Below are positions 61,709 through 64,000 of a stretch of DNA of 64,000 nucleotides, piece by piece. How positions within the stretch are numbered: position 1 is the first letter of the stretch; every line of letters starts with the position of its first letter. The stretch comes from an uncultured Oscillospiraceae bacterium (GTDB lineage Bacteria; Bacillota; Clostridia; Oscillospirales; Ruminococcaceae): contig CAJTVI010000001.1 of assembly GCA_910579545.1 (NCBI GenBank), positions 106,360 to 170,359 on the forward strand, in the 5' to 3' direction. The translations under genes and the position numbers were made by a program. Under the pieces are notes generated by a model. It was not told the origin of the DNA. It made no database searches and was given only the letters and a program-made list of their open reading frames with translations.

Positions 61709-62875
61709 ATGAAGGACGCGATGCGGGCCTTAAAAAAGCGCCCGGTGCTGGTTTTGTTTTTTGGCTTTTTGTTCGGCTTTATGGTACTGGACGGCCTTTG
61801 GCCCAAGCGGGAGTTTTCTGAACTGGAAAACAAAAAGCTGGCCCAGTTCCCCGAGTTTTCCTTTTCGTCCCTTTTCCGCAACGAGTGGACGGCCAAGTAC
61901 GGCGACTATGTAAAGGAGCAGTTTGCCCTGCGGGATACCTGGATCGACCTGCAGAGCCGCAGCGAAACGCTGCTGTTTCAAAAGGCGGAGGTAGGCGGCC
62001 AGCTGCTGGGGGCGGACGACATGCTGTTTACCAAGGTGTTTGCCCTTAAGACCGGCGAGGTAAAGCAGCTGCCCCGCAACATCAGCGCGGTGGCCCAGTT
62101 CAGCGCGCGGCACCCCGGCCAGGTGACCTTTTTGCTGGCCCCCTCGGCCAGCCTTGTCTACCCCGAAAAGCTGCCCTTCCACGCGCCGATGCTGAACGAA
62201 AACGCCTTTTTGGACGACATTTTTGCCGAGATCGGCCAGAGCGCCCGGGTGCTGGACCTGCGCGGGCTGTTCAGCGCCCATAAGGACGAATACCTTTACT
62301 ACCGAACCGACCACCACTGGACGAGCGGCGGGGCCTGGCTTGCCTACACCGAGTTCTGCCGGCAGGAGGGGCTTGCGCCCTTTGACCCGGCGGCCTATAC
62401 GGCGGTGGAGGTGCCAAACTTTTACGGCACCAGCTATTCCTCCGCCCGCACCTGGAACGCCGTGCCGGACATCATCACCTGGTACGAACTGCCCAGCCGC
62501 CAGACCATCTGGGATGTAACGGCCGGCCCCGAGGCGCTGGCCGTGCTCTCGGAGGACGACCTTTACAACCAGGACGCCTTTGCCACCCGCGATAAATACG
62601 CCGCCTTTTTGCACGGCAACCCCGGCTACAGCACGGTTACCGGCAGCGGCGAGGGCAGCATTTTGGTTATTAAGGACAGCTACGCCAACTGCTTTGTACC
62701 CTACCTCACCGCAAACTACGCCAAGATCGGGGTGCTGGACCTGCGCAATTACAGTTACAGTGTGGACGCGCTGATGCAGGCCGAGGGGTACGACAAGGTG
62801 CTGATCCTTTATAACTTCCAGAGTTTCAAATCCGATGGGTACCTCTATAACCTCAACCGGGACCCCATTGAATGA
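61709..62875 (+). CDS. DHHW-family protein (AlgJ/AlgX-N/PatB-like extracytoplasmic acyltransferase partner)
   Basis: 388-aa ORF with an N-terminal membrane anchor and the eponymous 'YYRTDHHWT' motif. AAAGGAGG ribosome-binding site. It starts 15 nt after the MBOAT gene. Confidence 0.8.
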   Translation: MKDAMRALKKRPVLVLFFGFLFGFMVLDGLWPKREFSELENKKLAQFPEFSFSSLFRNEWTAKYGDYVKEQFALRDTWIDLQSRSETLLFQKAEVGGQLLGADDMLFTKVFALKTGEVKQLPRNISAVAQFSARHPGQVTFLLAPSASLVYPEKLPFHAPMLNENAFLDDIFAEIGQSARVLDLRGLFSAHKDEYLYYRTDHHWTSGGAWLAYTEFCRQEGLAPFDPAAYTAVEVPNFYGTSYSSARTWNAVPDIITWYELPSRQTIWDVTAGPEALAVLSEDDLYNQDAFATRDKYAAFLHGNPGYSTVTGSGEGSILVIKDSYANCFVPYLTANYAKIGVLDLRNYSYSVDALMQAEGYDKVLILYNFQSFKSDGYLYNLNRDPIE

Positions 62876-62907
62876 GGATGCCCCTTTTGATGCTGTATTG
62901 ACGCTGC

Positions 62908-62951
62908 AAAGCCCTTTGGCCCGCCGTTTACGGGAGGCCAAAGGGCTTTTT
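62908..62951 (+). terminator. Intrinsic terminator of the MBOAT-DHHW operon
   Basis: 14-bp stem AAAGCCCTTTGGCC/GGCCAAAGGGCTTT followed by TTT. Confidence 0.75.
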
Positions 62952-62977
62952 GCCGGGGCAAGCCCCCTATAACAGAT

Positions 62978-63026
62978 AAAGCAAAGAGCGCCGGCCGGAG
63001 AAGAAAGGTCGGCGCTCTTTGCTTTG
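62978..63026. terminator. Second hairpin terminator, likely serving the convergent amidohydrolase gene
   Basis: AAGCAAAGAGCGCCG...CGGCGCTCTTTGCTT stem with flanking A-rich and T-rich sequence. Confidence 0.6.
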
Positions 63027-63094
63027 TTGGAACCGCTGCCGCTGCCTGCAGCGGCCCTATGCTCAAGGCAGGCCGGGCGCAGGGCGCAAAACGC

Positions 63095-64000
63095 TCAGCA
63101 GAAATCGGCCTGGCAGAACATACATTTTCCGCCCTTGAAGGTCATCATGGGCACAAGCACCTGGCTGCCCTCAAAGCGGTTTTGGTTGATATCCTCATAG
63201 GGGACGGCCTTTTGTTTCAGCCGCAGGATGCACACATCCGCCTCGGTGCCCTCGGCAAGGCTGCCAAGCTCGGGGCGGCCGATCAGCCGGGCCGGCGTGA
63301 TGGTTGCGGCATCCAGCACCTGCCCAAGGCCCATGCCAAAGTCCAGATACTTGGACAGGATGCGCGGCAGGCTGTGCAGCGGCTGCAAAAAATAGCTGGA
63401 GGTATTTACGTCGCTGCTGATCACATCCGGCGCAAAGCCCTGGCTTACCGCCCTGCGGCAAACCTCCAGATCATAGTTGCTGCGGCCGTTGGAGGCGTCA
63501 AACAGCACCCCGCGCTCCCGCGCCGCCCAAAGGCCCTCCAGCACCTGGCCGTCCTGGCCAAGGCAGCTGTACTGGCCGCGGTTTTGATAGATGTGGCAGA
63601 TCACATCCCCAGGCCGCAGCATCTCCGCGATCTGGTCCAGCGGCAGGATGGGGGCGGTCACATGTACCACCACCCGGGTGCCGGCCTTTTCGGCCAGCTC
63701 CACCGTGCGGCGCAGGGACGCCTCGGCCTGCCCGGCCGGAACAATGCCCTGGGACATCCGGGTTTTGAGCGCAACCAGATTGTCCGGGTATTCCCGGAAC
63801 AGCCGCAGGATCTTTTGCTCGTCAAACAGGGCAGGGTCGAGGTTTTCGGGGTACTGGTCGGTGGCCTGCCCGCCCGAGGCAACCAGCAGATAGTTTAAGA
63901 TGCGCACGTCGCTCATGGCCATTACGCTGCGCCGGTACAACTCGTAGGAGCCGGCGCCGCAGCTGCCGCCGTCCACCGCGGTGGTAATGCCGCTGCAAAA
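63095..64000 (-). CDS. Amidohydrolase-superfamily metallohydrolase (dihydroorotase/deacetylase-like), 5'-truncated by the window end
   Basis: The reading frame stays open to the window edge ('GITTAVDGGS...'). The C-terminal 'GSLAEGTEADV' is typical of the amidohydrolase beta-sandwich return. Confidence 0.7.
   Translation of the reverse strand, partial: FCSGITTAVDGGSCGAGSYELYRRSVMAMSDVRILNYLLVASGGQATDQYPENLDPALFDEQKILRLFREYPDNLVALKTRMSQGIVPAGQAEASLRRTVELAEKAGTRVVVHVTAPILPLDQIAEMLRPGDVICHIYQNRGQYSCLGQDGQVLEGLWAARERGVLFDASNGRSNYDLEVCRRAVSQGFAPDVISSDVNTSSYFLQPLHSLPRILSKYLDFGMGLGQVLDAATITPARLIGRPELGSLAEGTEADVCILRLKQKAVPYEDINQNRFEGSQVLVPMMTFKGGKCMFCQADFC

Overview
The window is GC-rich, gene-dense chromosomal DNA that looks like the core genome of a spore-forming Clostridia-class Firmicute. 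This is inferred from the spore germination receptor genes, yunB, whiA, the CIRCE-controlled groESL operon and a T-box upstream of alaS. I call about 57 protein genes, most of them on the minus strand.

Gene content:
- DNA replication, repair and uptake: ligA, dnaE, holA, uvrA, uvrB, radC, comEC.
- Central metabolism and its control: pfkA, pckA, pncB, hprK, a ROK-family glucokinase.
- Envelope and secretion: murB, a penicillin-binding protein, secDF, a family-4 glycosyltransferase.
- Chaperones: groES and groEL.
- Spore functions: a gerA-type A-B-C germinant receptor operon and two DUF421 (YetF-like) genes.
- Oxidative-stress genes: reverse rubrerythrin plus a 51-aa rubredoxin that the ORF track omits.
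- A five-gene cluster made of an ECF sigma factor, a membrane protein and an ABC transporter.
- An MBOAT/DHHW O-acyltransferase pair.

I see no rRNA, tRNA, CRISPR array, transposase, integrase or recognisable defence island. The many long ORFs antisense to real genes are GC-driven artefacts.

Regulatory elements I can support directly are a T-box leader with a GCC (Ala) specifier before alaS, a perfect CIRCE operator before groES, two forespore (sigma-G/F-type) promoters, several sigma-A-type promoters and a number of intrinsic terminators.

I did not find a convincing new system. The best candidates for uncharacterised biology are:
1. The ECF-sigma/ABC cluster, whose first permease gene is split by one in-frame TAG.
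2. The DUF421-DUF4363 pair next to the germinant receptor operon, together with a second DUF421 gene that has its own forespore-type promoter.
3. The DUF4358 lipoprotein, MBOAT and DHHW trio.
4. The divergent Gx-transporter and FMN-binding lipoprotein pair.

All functional calls rest on motif and family recognition by eye. None has been checked against a database.
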